Shown: in pieces, positions 44,734 through 54,782 of the stretch
Numbering within the stretch: the stretch's first letter is position 1
How the letters are laid out: every line of letters starts with the position of its first letter
DNA from: an uncultured virus (IMG/VR IMGVR_UViG_3300025133_000081)
Taxonomy: Duplodnaviria > Heunggongvirae > Uroviricota > Caudoviricetes > Crassvirales
Length of the DNA stretch: 64,000 bases
Reading direction: 5' to 3' (one strand)
IMG/VR virus record: IMGVR_UViG_3300025133_000081
Translations under genes and position numbers: made by a program
The notes under the pieces: model-generated
Database searches by the model: none
What the model was told of the DNA's origin: nothing
What the model saw: the letters and a program-made list of their open reading frames with translations, nothing else

Positions 44734-44993
44734 TAGCAATTGAACATGATTTTTCAGGACATAAATTAGTTGCTTTTTATATCGAAGGTGATTCCATAAA
44801 AATTGATGATAGCGATTTTCTTTTTCTAAAAAATCCAAAAACCCTTGTAATATTTTCAATGGCTGCAGGGACAATTGATGGTATTATTGAAGAATTAACA
44901 AATAGTGAAACTTTATGTTATGTACCTTATGAATTGGAAGATGCAGCTGGAACAGACATAGCAATAACCGTTTTAAAAACACATAGAAGATGA
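44730..44993 (+). CDS. KR-tail-like small protein (ends VLKTHRR)
   Basis: ATGA coupling; N-terminus resembles 44990. Confidence 0.55.
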   Translation: MIAIEHDFSGHKLVAFYIEGDSIKIDDSDFLFLKNPKTLVIFSMAAGTIDGIIEELTNSETLCYVPYELEDAAGTDIAITVLKTHRR

Positions 44994-45256
44994 TCATATT
45001 AATTCAAAGTAGGGGAAAACAAAATAATATATTAGCATATATGACTGGTTTTAAAATTTCTAAAAAAACTCCTGAACTTGATACTCATCAACTTGAAAAT
45101 GTCAGTAATATAATTCTAACAGAACATTCTTTAGGTGAAGCTTCTTTTTTAAGTGATTACTATGGAACTGAAATTATTAAAAATAAAATTCCATTTCCTA
45201 TATTTTTACCGAATTTTATACAGATAAATATAAATTCTATGGGATATAAACGATAG
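44990..45256 (+). CDS. KR-tail small protein (ends NSMGYKR)
   Basis: Tail encoded TAT AAA CGA TAG with no overlapping gene. Confidence 0.55.
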   Translation: MIILIQSRGKQNNILAYMTGFKISKKTPELDTHQLENVSNIILTEHSLGEASFLSDYYGTEIIKNKIPFPIFLPNFIQININSMGYKR

Positions 45257-45297
45257 TTTATATTTTATTACATTACAAAGACTTTGTGTGGTGGACA

Positions 45298-45358
45298 GAG
45301 TTCAGTTAGTGGTTTTACTGAACTCGTTAACTGGGGAGGAGCATTTAGTTTCTCCCCA
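45298..45358 (+). other. Two adjacent hairpins (processing site, terminator or small RNA)
   Basis: gagttcagt/actgaactc and tggggag/ctcccca. Confidence 0.45.
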
Positions 45359-45372
45359 AAATATTTAAACAT

Positions 45373-45594
45373 ATGTTATTAGCAATATTAAAAAATCCTG
45401 AAAGATTCAAAAGCGAAAAAAATATGATTTTTCTTGCTTATGATCATAAACATATTAAATCTTATGTAAGAGTACAAAATAATTCTAATAAGATTTATAT
45501 AAATTATCCTGAAAAAAGAAAATTTCTTTGGGAAACATGTGCAACGAATTTTATCTTTGTCAATCATAGAGCTAAATTAAGTAAAAAAAGATGA
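45373..45594 (+). CDS. KR-tail small protein (ends AKLSKKR)
   Basis: Shared tail. Confidence 0.55.
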   Translation: MLLAILKNPERFKSEKNMIFLAYDHKHIKSYVRVQNNSNKIYINYPEKRKFLWETCATNFIFVNHRAKLSKKR

Positions 45595-45830
45595 ATAGAA
45601 AATTAGTAAATACTCCATTTGAACAATTAGTATTACCTTTAGGTAAAGCTACATTTAAAGGAAGAGTATATATGTATGGACTTTGTCAAGAAGAGGCACG
45701 TTCTCTTTTATATGATGGGAAAAATATTGAAGATCTATTGATAGTTCTAAATTGGCCTTGGAAAAGAGAAGACGATGAAGCTGAGAAAATGTTCATGTAT
45801 ACTACTAATATTATAAAAACAAGAAGATGA
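45591..45830 (+). CDS. KR-tail-like small protein (ends NIIKTRR)
   Basis: ATGA coupling; shared tail. Confidence 0.55.
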   Translation: MNRKLVNTPFEQLVLPLGKATFKGRVYMYGLCQEEARSLLYDGKNIEDLLIVLNWPWKREDDEAEKMFMYTTNIIKTRR

Positions 45831-46066
45831 GTACATACATGACCAAACCTAAAAAATTCACTGAAGGAAGTATATTTGAATTTCATTGGTTTTTATATAA
45901 ACGGACATCATCATCTTCTTTATATTGTTTTGGTGTAAAAACAATTGTTATACATGCTTTATTAACTAGTCCATTTATATCCTACACTTTACCTTTATTA
46001 GATAGTATAAGTGCTTCACAGAAACATATAAATAGCTTTAAAAATTTAAAAAGTCATAAAAGATGA
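45827..46066 (+). CDS. KR-tail small protein (ends NLKSHKR)
   Basis: ATGA coupling; shared tail. Confidence 0.55.
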   Translation: MSTYMTKPKKFTEGSIFEFHWFLYKRTSSSSLYCFGVKTIVIHALLTSPFISYTLPLLDSISASQKHINSFKNLKSHKR

Positions 46067-46317
46067 GAGAATATAAATTATTACTTAATACTCCTCTTAC
46101 ATCAGATCCTTTATATCAAGATCAGTATAGAACCTGTGTTGAAAAAGGAATAGAAGAGTTAAAGCTCTCTAACTTGATCGTAGAGTTCCTTTGGGGACCA
46201 TATAAAGAGGAAGGACATGATATCTATTTATATTGTAGACTTAACCTTACAGCTGAAGAACTTATTCAAATAGGAGTTAAATTAGGAGAGTATGCAGAAC
46301 TTTATAATTGTATATAA
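46063..46317 (+). CDS. Hypothetical protein
   Basis: 84-aa ORF in operon. Confidence 0.55.
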   Translation: MREYKLLLNTPLTSDPLYQDQYRTCVEKGIEELKLSNLIVEFLWGPYKEEGHDIYLYCRLNLTAEELIQIGVKLGEYAELYNCI

Positions 46318-46619
46318 TGGCAAATAAACAAAATTTTCCTGTTAATTCCCTATCATTATTATTAACAGGTAAAGAATACACTGATTTTCTATCAAATGTT
46401 GCTTATTCTAGTAGATCTGAAGCAGATATTCAAATTCATTTAATGCCTAAACAACATATTAGGAGTTCTCCTCTTATAAGCTGTCTATTTAATTGGAAAG
46501 AATCTCCACAAGGAGACCGATACTGGTCAGATATGTATAATGCAGTAGCATATATAGAAGATACTGTAATACATCGTGATCTTAGCGGATTAACAAATGC
46601 AAAAATTTATAAAAGATGA
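46308..46619 (+). CDS. KR-tail small protein (ends NAKIYKR) with F.W..SP.G..YW motif
   Basis: FNWKESPQGDRYW plus shared tail. Confidence 0.6.
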   Translation: MYIMANKQNFPVNSLSLLLTGKEYTDFLSNVAYSSRSEADIQIHLMPKQHIRSSPLISCLFNWKESPQGDRYWSDMYNAVAYIEDTVIHRDLSGLTNAKIYKR

Positions 46620-46828
46620 TAATTTTACTTATAATCAGTAGTATATATGGCATATCTGTATTGTACAATAAGATATGGTTACATAAGGCTTATAGTAATG
46701 ATGGTATATATCGTTTAAACTGGCCTACATCACAAGATAAATATGTTTATTATCTTCCTGTATATAATACTTTACTTACAATAGGATTTATATTCAGAGG
46801 AAGTCCACTTAAACAAAAACCAAAATAA
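46616..46828 (+). CDS. Small membrane protein
   Basis: Hydrophobic N-terminus; LPVYNTL motif. Confidence 0.55.
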   Translation: MIILLIISSIYGISVLYNKIWLHKAYSNDGIYRLNWPTSQDKYVYYLPVYNTLLTIGFIFRGSPLKQKPK

Positions 46829-46834
46829 GAACTC

Positions 46835-47815
46835 ATGAAAATATCAGATTTAAATATAGGAGATGTTGTAATAACAAGAATGCATAATACTAATCATCCT
46901 GTAGTAAAAACAGTACGAAGTAAAGGAAGTAATAGTATCAGTGTTATTGCTAAGAGCTATGGTTCTAAATATATGTCAAATGTAAATATAAACCAGGTTC
47001 AACAAAAGTTACATGGCCCTTTTCCTAAATTAAAAAAAGGAACTCAGATATTACTTAATCCAGATTATGGAAATAAATATGTACAATGGGATCATATTAC
47101 TACTAACTATAGAAGTTATCATACTGAAGCTTCTCGTACTATGAGAATAGAAAAATATTCTTTAGATGGATATTCTTTTAAAGCAGTAAATGGAGATTGG
47201 ATCGCAACATGTGCAATAGATCCTAATTGTACTGCTATGTTGGAACATAGTGTACCATTTATCGATGAAAATAATTCACTTACTTCAGCAGGATTAGATA
47301 ATTTAATTGATAAATTAACTCCACATAGTATTAAACATGGAGATAATATCTTCTTTAGTAATTTAGAAGAATTCAAAGCTACTTCTGGTGTTCTTAATGG
47401 TTTATTGGGTACATATGATAAAAAAATAGAAGATTATATTACTCAAGAGGAAATACATGATATTGCTACACAAAAGGATTTTACACCAGCAGTAAATTCT
47501 CCATTTTTAAAGTTTAGTGGACGAAAAGCTGCTGGAAAAACTAACTTTTTAATGTATAATGAAGAAACAGATAAATTAGAAAGAATAGAAAATGCTACTC
47601 GTCAATCATTTAGCAATGAAAAATATAAATTTGTAGACTATGGAAGTAGATTGCTTAAAAAATTAATAATAAAAAAAGTATTAATAAAACTTATGGCTGA
47701 AAAAGAAGGACCTTCTTCAGTTATAGATCTATATACTAATATTGATCTGATACCATTGGTAACCAGAAAGAAATCCAGTGATTCAATGGTAATTTTAGAA
47801 AATGGATTAATTTAA
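46835..47815 (+). CDS. Hypothetical protein
   Basis: 326-aa ORF. Confidence 0.6.
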   Translation: MKISDLNIGDVVITRMHNTNHPVVKTVRSKGSNSISVIAKSYGSKYMSNVNINQVQQKLHGPFPKLKKGTQILLNPDYGNKYVQWDHITTNYRSYHTEASRTMRIEKYSLDGYSFKAVNGDWIATCAIDPNCTAMLEHSVPFIDENNSLTSAGLDNLIDKLTPHSIKHGDNIFFSNLEEFKATSGVLNGLLGTYDKKIEDYITQEEIHDIATQKDFTPAVNSPFLKFSGRKAAGKTNFLMYNEETDKLERIENATRQSFSNEKYKFVDYGSRLLKKLIIKKVLIKLMAEKEGPSSVIDLYTNIDLIPLVTRKKSSDSMVILENGLI

Positions 47816-47845
47816 CATAAATAATAAACAAAAAAATCAATTAAA

Positions 47846-48193
47846 ATGAAGGCAAAAGAAAACAAGTTTCAAGTTGAAACAAAAAAAAGAATCACTAACA
47901 AAGGCTCTGCAGATGCGATTTCAGCACATAACGCAGAATTTGCAGAGATTGCTATCAATGGACAGATAAATGCTCGTATAGGGCTTATAGCTGACCTTAA
48001 ATTGGAAGTAAGTGCTGCTAGTAGAGCACTTGTTGAAGCAACTTTCCCTATAAAAGAGATCACTGACCGAAAGAAGTACTTAGAAGGTATTCAAAAGGCA
48101 CGTAACCTGAAGAAAGAAAAAGAAGCTCAGTTGGTTCAGACTGAACAGGATCAAGAAGAGTACAAAGAACTCCACAAAGATCTATTTGGGTAA
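47846..48193 (+). CDS. Coiled-coil protein
   Basis: Heptad pattern; ends DLFG; followed by a terminator. Confidence 0.65.
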   Translation: MKAKENKFQVETKKRITNKGSADAISAHNAEFAEIAINGQINARIGLIADLKLEVSAASRALVEATFPIKEITDRKKYLEGIQKARNLKKEKEAQLVQTEQDQEEYKELHKDLFG

Positions 48194-48215
48194 ATCCCAC
48201 TTAAATTAATCAATT

Positions 48216-48249
48216 AAGAGTATCTATCTTAGGATAGGTACTCTTTTTT
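48216..48249 (+). terminator. Rho-independent terminator
   Basis: aagagtatctatc-ttag-gataggtactctt plus T run. Confidence 0.75.
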
Positions 48250-48260
48250 AAAACAAGAAT

Positions 48261-48692
48261 ATGAAGAAGAAAAGAATTTATGTTGGAATATACGATAACG
48301 ATAGTATAAGTGAAGTAATTTTCCAAGAAAGTCTTCCTCCTGCCAGCTGTAATACTATTATGGAGATCACTGATGTTAAGATCATTGATGGAAATCTTAA
48401 TATTATAGGATATCCATTCCAGACAGAGTATTTACAGATGGAAAATATTTTATCAGAATACTGTAAGGATAATAATATCAATGAAGAGGAGTTCAGAAAG
48501 ATGAATAAAAAGAAAATCTCTTCTTTTACATCATTTTCATTGAAGAAATTCTGGTTTATTAAAGAGGATTCTGCATCTGGTTTTGTATATGTTAAAAAAT
48601 TAGATACTGCTACTCATAAGATCTATAGTAATTTTAGAATCCAAGACAGGACAAGTACTAAAATTATGTCAGATGGAAAGAGATTCGCGTAA
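48261..48692 (+). CDS. Hypothetical protein
   Basis: 143-aa ORF. Confidence 0.55.
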   Translation: MKKKRIYVGIYDNDSISEVIFQESLPPASCNTIMEITDVKIIDGNLNIIGYPFQTEYLQMENILSEYCKDNNINEEEFRKMNKKKISSFTSFSLKKFWFIKEDSASGFVYVKKLDTATHKIYSNFRIQDRTSTKIMSDGKRFA

Positions 48693-48948
48693 AGCTATTT
48701 ATATACCAAAACCTTCACAGAACAATCTTCCTTCACCTATGTTTGAATACCTTTATGATAAAAAGAAAGATCATTGGTATAATATATATGAGTTGGATTG
48801 TTCTTCTATATATAATGATGAACCATGGTTAATGCCTGGAACTTTTTTAACATTTTCTACTGAAGAAATATTTCAAGAATACGAAGAAAGTGATTCAGGT
48901 GTATATAAATTTACTGAAATTAGAAACATTACAAAACTAAAAAGATGA
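48673..48948 (+). CDS. KR-tail small protein (ends NITKLKR)
   Basis: Shared tail. Confidence 0.55.
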   Translation: MERDSRKAIYIPKPSQNNLPSPMFEYLYDKKKDHWYNIYELDCSSIYNDEPWLMPGTFLTFSTEEIFQEYEESDSGVYKFTEIRNITKLKR

Positions 48949-49667
48949 TAATTGCAATAATTACCACAATATTTTTATTGATAGTAGTACCACTTATCGT
49001 ATTACATAATAAGGCCATTGATATGGCATTTACAGATATGAGTCTATTAAGACTTGTTTCTCATAACAGATTGATGTCCACTACTATATTTGGATTATTG
49101 ATCACATTGATACTTCCCCCAATAGTAAATATGTTCATTATAGGATTATTAGCTTTATTATGGCTAGTAAGAACTATTATGATCGTTAGGGCAGTACAGG
49201 AAAGATATGGAGACTGGTCTATGAATAATATGAATTCATATTCTTCTACTATGTTAACAGATGATGGTGCAGAAATTGATGGTGATGCTGTTCAAGACTA
49301 TCTTGATGGTAAAGCTGATTCTGTAAAAGAGGCTGCTAATAAAAATAAAGGAAAGAAATCAGATGAAAAATCAGATAAATATTCTGATGAAGAACATGAT
49401 CCTGAAGTAGATGACTGTACAGATGATGTAAATAAACAAAAGAATACTCAAAAGACCCAATCAGTTGAAGAGTATAAATTTGAAAAAGGACAAGTAGTTA
49501 CTATCTGTAATCTACCAGCAGGATATCCTTCAAATATGAGTGGCAGATCTGGAGAGATCAGAGCTCATATACCCAATATCCAATTAGTGAGAAAAGAACT
49601 TGACAAACAACATGGCTATATCATAGCTGGATTTGTTCATCCTGTTCCAGAAAATTGTTTAAAATAA
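48945..49667 (+). CDS. Membrane protein with acidic linker and C-terminal KOW/SH3-like domain
   Basis: N-terminal TM segments; YKFEKGQVV.I...G.SGEI...V.E.CL. Confidence 0.55.
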   Translation: MIIAIITTIFLLIVVPLIVLHNKAIDMAFTDMSLLRLVSHNRLMSTTIFGLLITLILPPIVNMFIIGLLALLWLVRTIMIVRAVQERYGDWSMNNMNSYSSTMLTDDGAEIDGDAVQDYLDGKADSVKEAANKNKGKKSDEKSDKYSDEEHDPEVDDCTDDVNKQKNTQKTQSVEEYKFEKGQVVTICNLPAGYPSNMSGRSGEIRAHIPNIQLVRKELDKQHGYIIAGFVHPVPENCLK

Positions 49668-49680
49668 AAACTATTATAAG

Positions 49681-50247
49681 ATGGCAAAAGTAAAAGAAAA
49701 AATTGACGAGAATACATTAGGTGAAATAAGTAAAAAGATCTATGCTGAAGCTAAGAAGACCAATACTGATCCTTACAAAGTAAAGGGAGAGATCAAAGAT
49801 GTTAAAGGTGTTCAGGTATGTGAATGTGGTTTTAAACAGGAAGATGGACCTGAATATACATCTCTTGATGAACTTATTGAAGCAGGTTATACTGGATTCA
49901 TGAAAAGAAATAAGTTGGTCAAATATCTTTCACAGGATGATTTTGATGGAGAAGCTGAAGTAAAAGAACTTGAAGCAGATCTAAAGAAATTTAATCTACC
50001 TGATATTATAGGTATGTCTTTAGAAGAACTTAAAGAAATTACTGCCAAGGAAGATATTGATGTATTCATTGGTGCACCATCATTGGAATATATTACCAAT
50101 AGAGTGTATTATGATACTATCTATATCCGTAATAAAGAATTAGATGCTATCTGTATCTATCAGACTTATTTGGATAACAATGAAATAGGTAGTGCAATGA
50201 ATCTTCGACCTCTTACCTTAAGTGATGTTATGGATGTAATCAGCTAA
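49681..50247 (+). CDS. Hypothetical protein
   Basis: 188-aa ORF. Confidence 0.6.
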   Translation: MAKVKEKIDENTLGEISKKIYAEAKKTNTDPYKVKGEIKDVKGVQVCECGFKQEDGPEYTSLDELIEAGYTGFMKRNKLVKYLSQDDFDGEAEVKELEADLKKFNLPDIIGMSLEELKEITAKEDIDVFIGAPSLEYITNRVYYDTIYIRNKELDAICIYQTYLDNNEIGSAMNLRPLTLSDVMDVIS

Positions 50248-50359
50248 ATATGTTTAAAAAAAGAAGGAGTCAGAGACCATGGAAAAGAGCAACATTTAAA
50301 CTTTCAGAAACAATTTCAAAAACAACTCAATTAAAACTAAATCAAATAAAGCAAAAGAA

Positions 50360-50716
50360 ATGGACGTAAAACAAACGTATCACATTCATAGTGCTCCCCT
50401 AGAGGATGGTACTAGAGCTACTGTAGGAGCAGTAGTTACAAAAGATAATACTCTTAGATTCGGCATTGCCGTCTGTGCGCCTGGGGACAATTTTGTCAGA
50501 AGAACAGGAGCAGATAAATCTTTGGGTAGAGCACTTATTGGAACAGTTCCAAATAGATTAGGAGTAGTTCATAAAGCTTCTACGGAATCTGTTATCAAAG
50601 AAGTAGAAACACCACAGAATTCTAAGGAGATGTTAACATTCTTCCTTAACCATGCAAGAGATATCCTGGCTGAAAGAGGATTTCAAACAAAAAACAACCA
50701 AAAAGAGAAAGTATAA
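50360..50716 (+). CDS. Conserved phage protein
   Basis: G.A.C.P.DNF.R..G...SLGRA motif widespread in phages. Confidence 0.65.
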   Translation: MDVKQTYHIHSAPLEDGTRATVGAVVTKDNTLRFGIAVCAPGDNFVRRTGADKSLGRALIGTVPNRLGVVHKASTESVIKEVETPQNSKEMLTFFLNHARDILAERGFQTKNNQKEKV

Positions 50717-51729
50717 TGGATGATTTGAAAAAACAATTAGGATTGCTTCTACAGTCAGATGAGGCTATGGAGATCTTTAGAGAATTGATCAATGAGAACA
50801 TGTCTGAAAAAGATTATGAGAAATTGATCACTGAGGAAACTTTAAAAGGAAGTGCTACTTTATTGAAGCCAGTTATTACTGAGTTGAGAGACAAGAATAT
50901 TACGAAAGTAATTAAACTTGAAAAGAATGAGTATAAGATCGATCCATCTACTACTCATGCCAAAGTAACCAATCTTGTTACTAATCTTGGTCTATTCAAG
51001 CAAGCTATGATCGTTGGACCTACTGGTTCAGGTAAATCTACTCTTGCAGAACAATGTGCTAAGATCATGGGGCTTGATTATGCTTCTTATTCTTGTAATG
51101 AAGAAGCCTCTAAGACAGAATTGATCGGATTCAATGACCTTAGTGGTTATAATTATCCAGATTTCCTTCGTCTTTATGAAGAGGGCGGTGTAATGCTCAT
51201 TGATGAGTATGATGCCATGTCTCCTGGTATGGCATTGGTTCTTAATGCTGCATTCGATAGAAGTGGAAGACTCAGTGTTCCTACAAGAAAAGATAACCCT
51301 GCTGCCTTTAAGCACAAGGACTTTTACTGTATTCTTGCTGGTAATACTTGGGGAAATGCTTCTGTTGAATATTCTGGTAGAGATATGCAGGATAGAGCAT
51401 TCTTGGATCGTTTCAAAATGTGTCGTGTATTCATTGATTATGATGAAGAATTAGAAAGAAGTCTTACTACACCAGAATTCTCAAGACTTTTTCATAATAT
51501 GAGAAAAGAATTGGTGGATCTTGGTATAGATGATGAAGTATCTACTAGAACTATTGTAGATGCATTTTCTTTGTATCATAATGGATTTGAGTTAAAAGCT
51601 CTTGTTCAAGAAGCAATGTTACACTGGGATGATGGAGACAAAGACCAAATGATGGCTCGTATGGAAGGTTATATCTCTGATTTCAACAAAACTGCAAAAG
51701 TTAGTGCAGAAGGCGAAATTAAGGTTTAA
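50716..51729 (+). CDS. MoxR/CobS-like AAA+ ATPase
   Basis: GPTGSGKS, LIDEYD, AGNT.G, GR..QD.AFLDRF. Confidence 0.88.
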   Translation: MDDLKKQLGLLLQSDEAMEIFRELINENMSEKDYEKLITEETLKGSATLLKPVITELRDKNITKVIKLEKNEYKIDPSTTHAKVTNLVTNLGLFKQAMIVGPTGSGKSTLAEQCAKIMGLDYASYSCNEEASKTELIGFNDLSGYNYPDFLRLYEEGGVMLIDEYDAMSPGMALVLNAAFDRSGRLSVPTRKDNPAAFKHKDFYCILAGNTWGNASVEYSGRDMQDRAFLDRFKMCRVFIDYDEELERSLTTPEFSRLFHNMRKELVDLGIDDEVSTRTIVDAFSLYHNGFELKALVQEAMLHWDDGDKDQMMARMEGYISDFNKTAKVSAEGEIKV

Positions 51730-51886
51730 TAATCAGATCATTACTTTTACTAAAGACATGTTGGGGGTTAAGGTGACGAAAGTCACTACCCTCAACAGAT
51801 CTAGAGCCATAGATATTACTAAATCTTTAGGTAAAAGAGATTTGAAAAGACTTACTAACAATGTAAACAAATTTCTCAATGAATAA
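51704..51886 (+). CDS. Small basic hypothetical protein
   Basis: Bridges the ATPase and its partner gene. Confidence 0.4.
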   Translation: MQKAKLRFNNQIITFTKDMLGVKVTKVTTLNRSRAIDITKSLGKRDLKRLTNNVNKFLNE

Positions 51887-52799
51887 AACTAATCCACAAG
51901 CGGATATCACATATCTTGAAAATGATAATCGTGAATATGTCGTATTTAAAAATTATGATCATTTGATTGCTTGTGTAGACCATAGAAAAGATTTTGCATC
52001 ACAAGCAGTAAGAGGTGCAAATACTTCTTATAAAGTAGATGGACATAAACATCATTTTACAAAAGCTGTCAATGGTTCTGAAGGTAATTGGGCATATGGA
52101 AAAGAGGGGCATGAAGCTTATATAGCCCGTACACTCTCCAGAATGCCTCATCCAGAGGTTCTAGACGCTTCTAGGAAAGATCTTAACAAAAAGCTTAAGA
52201 CAAAAGAAGTAATGCGTCTACGGCAAAGAATGATGTCTCGTAGAAAACGAAGATTTTACAGTGATACTGATGGTATCATGAGTATTCCTCGTATCCTGTC
52301 AGGTAGTGATAAATATTTCATTAAAAGACAGAAGAAGCAATTGGTCGGTATGAAAATAGGTATAAAAGGAGGTCTCACATGTAACTTTGATGAGACAGCT
52401 TTCTTAGACCTGATCTCAGGACTGATCATTACCGCAAAAATGTTGGAGTTTGTAGGAATTCCTACTGAACTTCATTATATTGGTGATTCACAGAATCTTG
52501 CAAGTGGTGCAGGGTTCACTAGACAAGGTATCATATTTCCAATTAAGAGGGGGTTTGAAAGAATCAATCTTAAGAAGGTATGTATGATAGGTTCGTCAGG
52601 ACATTTTCGTCATCACATTTTTGGAGCATGGGCACTATACAATTCAGGTGATCTGAATAGTGGTCTTGGTCAACAGACTGATACTGAGTATGAAGAAGAT
52701 TGTAAACTTCTGAATCTTGATATCATATTAGGAAAAGAGTTTATGGGAAACAATCCTGTAGACGTATTTAATTATGTAACAAAAGGAGTATTTTCATGA
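51879..52799 (+). CDS. CobT/vWA-like partner of the MoxR ATPase (degenerate MIDAS)
   Basis: G.MSIPR.LSG...YF, LE..G..TEL, FRH..F, GLG; usual position next to phage MoxR. Confidence 0.6.
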   Translation: MNKTNPQADITYLENDNREYVVFKNYDHLIACVDHRKDFASQAVRGANTSYKVDGHKHHFTKAVNGSEGNWAYGKEGHEAYIARTLSRMPHPEVLDASRKDLNKKLKTKEVMRLRQRMMSRRKRRFYSDTDGIMSIPRILSGSDKYFIKRQKKQLVGMKIGIKGGLTCNFDETAFLDLISGLIITAKMLEFVGIPTELHYIGDSQNLASGAGFTRQGIIFPIKRGFERINLKKVCMIGSSGHFRHHIFGAWALYNSGDLNSGLGQQTDTEYEEDCKLLNLDIILGKEFMGNNPVDVFNYVTKGVFS

Positions 52800-53737
52800 A
52801 AAAAATAGGATTATGGTTTTTCTCAATGTTATTTCCAGATCTATATCATGCATATCTAAGTAAAAAGGACAAGTCTTCTCTTCCTTTTGAAGCAGATACT
52901 AAAGATCTAGGAGATGGAATGAGATTGGGACAACATGCAATATCAAGTGAACCACATGTACTGAAAGCATTGGAAGATGTAGGTGTACTTGATAAAAATA
53001 GAGAAGAAGGAGAAGCTTTTATGGCAATTGCTTTTAATACCAGTAGTAAGAAAGAATTAGAGATCTTTCATACCAGGTTAAAAGCTATTGCAAAACATCT
53101 TTCTAATTCCAAAACGTATGAGCAAGCTTTAAAACAGGCTAAAAAGTTACTACATATAGCAGATGATCTGAAAGGAACAGCTGAATATGGAGATGCTGCT
53201 CGACAGATGGATGATGAAAAGAGAGAAAGTGTATTCAATCTTAGTGAAGAGAAGAGAACTCAGTTAGCTGAATTCTTTGCAAGTGTTATTTCTAAAGCAC
53301 CTATTCATGTAAAGAAGTCTATTGAAAGACCTTTAGGTAATGAAGACAAATTAGGATCATTGAAAAATGGTAAAAATATGTTTGAAGTACTGAATGTAGG
53401 AGATGAATATAAGACTACTCTTATTAAGACTATCATGAATTCTTATATGGATACCAATGATTGTGCAGTATGTACTAGAAATATACTGGATCTTGGTCTA
53501 TCTTATAAGGAGGCATTGATCGGTGGAATGTTGATCAGTAGCTTGAATAGATTTGTTGATACTATTGACAAATTTACTAATACAGCTAGTATTGAATTTC
53601 AAGAGATCAAACGTGAAGAGTTGAATAGTCTTCTTCGGATAGGAGCTGCATATTCTATGGGAATAGAGTTTGGAGAAAGTACTGAAGAAGATCTAGCTAT
53701 GGAGGTTAAAAGATATCTTAACGTTAAGATCATATGA
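52796..53737 (+). CDS. Hypothetical protein
   Basis: 313-aa ORF. Confidence 0.6.
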   Translation: MKKIGLWFFSMLFPDLYHAYLSKKDKSSLPFEADTKDLGDGMRLGQHAISSEPHVLKALEDVGVLDKNREEGEAFMAIAFNTSSKKELEIFHTRLKAIAKHLSNSKTYEQALKQAKKLLHIADDLKGTAEYGDAARQMDDEKRESVFNLSEEKRTQLAEFFASVISKAPIHVKKSIERPLGNEDKLGSLKNGKNMFEVLNVGDEYKTTLIKTIMNSYMDTNDCAVCTRNILDLGLSYKEALIGGMLISSLNRFVDTIDKFTNTASIEFQEIKREELNSLLRIGAAYSMGIEFGESTEEDLAMEVKRYLNVKII

Positions 53738-54249
53738 AATCTCCTCTAAAATGGTTACCTACTATGCCTATAAAACATACTACTAAAGAAAATTTAGGAG
53801 TATGTTTAGGTATAGGTAGCCAATTGGAAGCAGCAGAAGAATTCTTATTGGCATATTTAGCTCATTTAGATAATTATCTAATAAAAGGAGAGTTAAAGAT
53901 GATCAATCTTAAGAGTGTTCCGCTTGCCTTCCTTACAAATTATAGTTATTCTTCTATGAATCAGGTAATTCTTTTGAATTTTATGGTTCATAGTATAATA
54001 ATTGGAAATCCCGATGCTAGTAAAATACTTGCTATTATCGGACGTACTCCTGAGCATATTAAATTACTTAGGAGAATTATTGGCGCAGATCTTTATAATG
54101 CTTATCAAGATAATGATTTACAAGATGAGATTGTACCTGAAATAATGGCACATCTAAGTCCTTTAAAAGACTTTGTAATGACAGGATCACCGATAAGTGA
54201 AAAAGAGATCAAGCCTATTATGTATTTAATAGATGAAGCAAGTAATTAA
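53734..54249 (+). CDS. Hypothetical protein
   Basis: 171-aa ORF. Confidence 0.55.
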   Translation: MKSPLKWLPTMPIKHTTKENLGVCLGIGSQLEAAEEFLLAYLAHLDNYLIKGELKMINLKSVPLAFLTNYSYSSMNQVILLNFMVHSIIIGNPDASKILAIIGRTPEHIKLLRRIIGADLYNAYQDNDLQDEIVPEIMAHLSPLKDFVMTGSPISEKEIKPIMYLIDEASN

Positions 54250-54568
54250 AAAAGGTGACAAGGTCATCTGTACTCAGACATCCATTATTGAAATCCCTAT
54301 GTACCTATCTAAAAGAAGGATAGTAGTACATAGGGATCTTATTCTTGGAGAAGAGACTATTAAAGAGTCTATAAAAAGAGAAAAAAGCAATGGTAGAAAA
54401 CCTTCTATCTTTGTCCCTATTCTAATAGTGAATAGGGTTTATAAAGGAGCTGATAATAAACAATATATTCAGTTTGAAAATGGGAGAAAAACTCCTATCA
54501 AATATCAGTTACATCATGTGCATTCAGCACATAAATTCAGATTGGTAAATGAACCAGATCGTAAATGA
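54233..54568 (+). CDS. Hypothetical protein
   Basis: IKKGDKVIC...FRLV, SH3-like. Confidence 0.55.
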   Translation: MKQVIKKGDKVICTQTSIIEIPMYLSKRRIVVHRDLILGEETIKESIKREKSNGRKPSIFVPILIVNRVYKGADNKQYIQFENGRKTPIKYQLHHVHSAHKFRLVNEPDRK

Positions 54569-54782
54569 ATTTCATAATAGAATCACTCGAACTAAAAAAG
54601 GTTGGGTGTTGAAGAGAATTCGTAATAATTTTGCAATAGATAAATCAGAATTTAAGAAGACCTTTAAAGAAAGGAAAGAGCTTAAATTACTTAAACATCA
54701 TGCAAATATTATGATGAGAAAAGAAGATAGTGGGTATACCGCTAAAACTTATAAATGGAAAACAATTAAAATAATTGGATAA
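54549..54782 (+). CDS. Small basic hypothetical protein
   Basis: 77-aa ORF coupled to the next gene. Confidence 0.5.
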   Translation: MNQIVNEFHNRITRTKKGWVLKRIRNNFAIDKSEFKKTFKERKELKLLKHHANIMMRKEDSGYTAKTYKWKTIKIIG

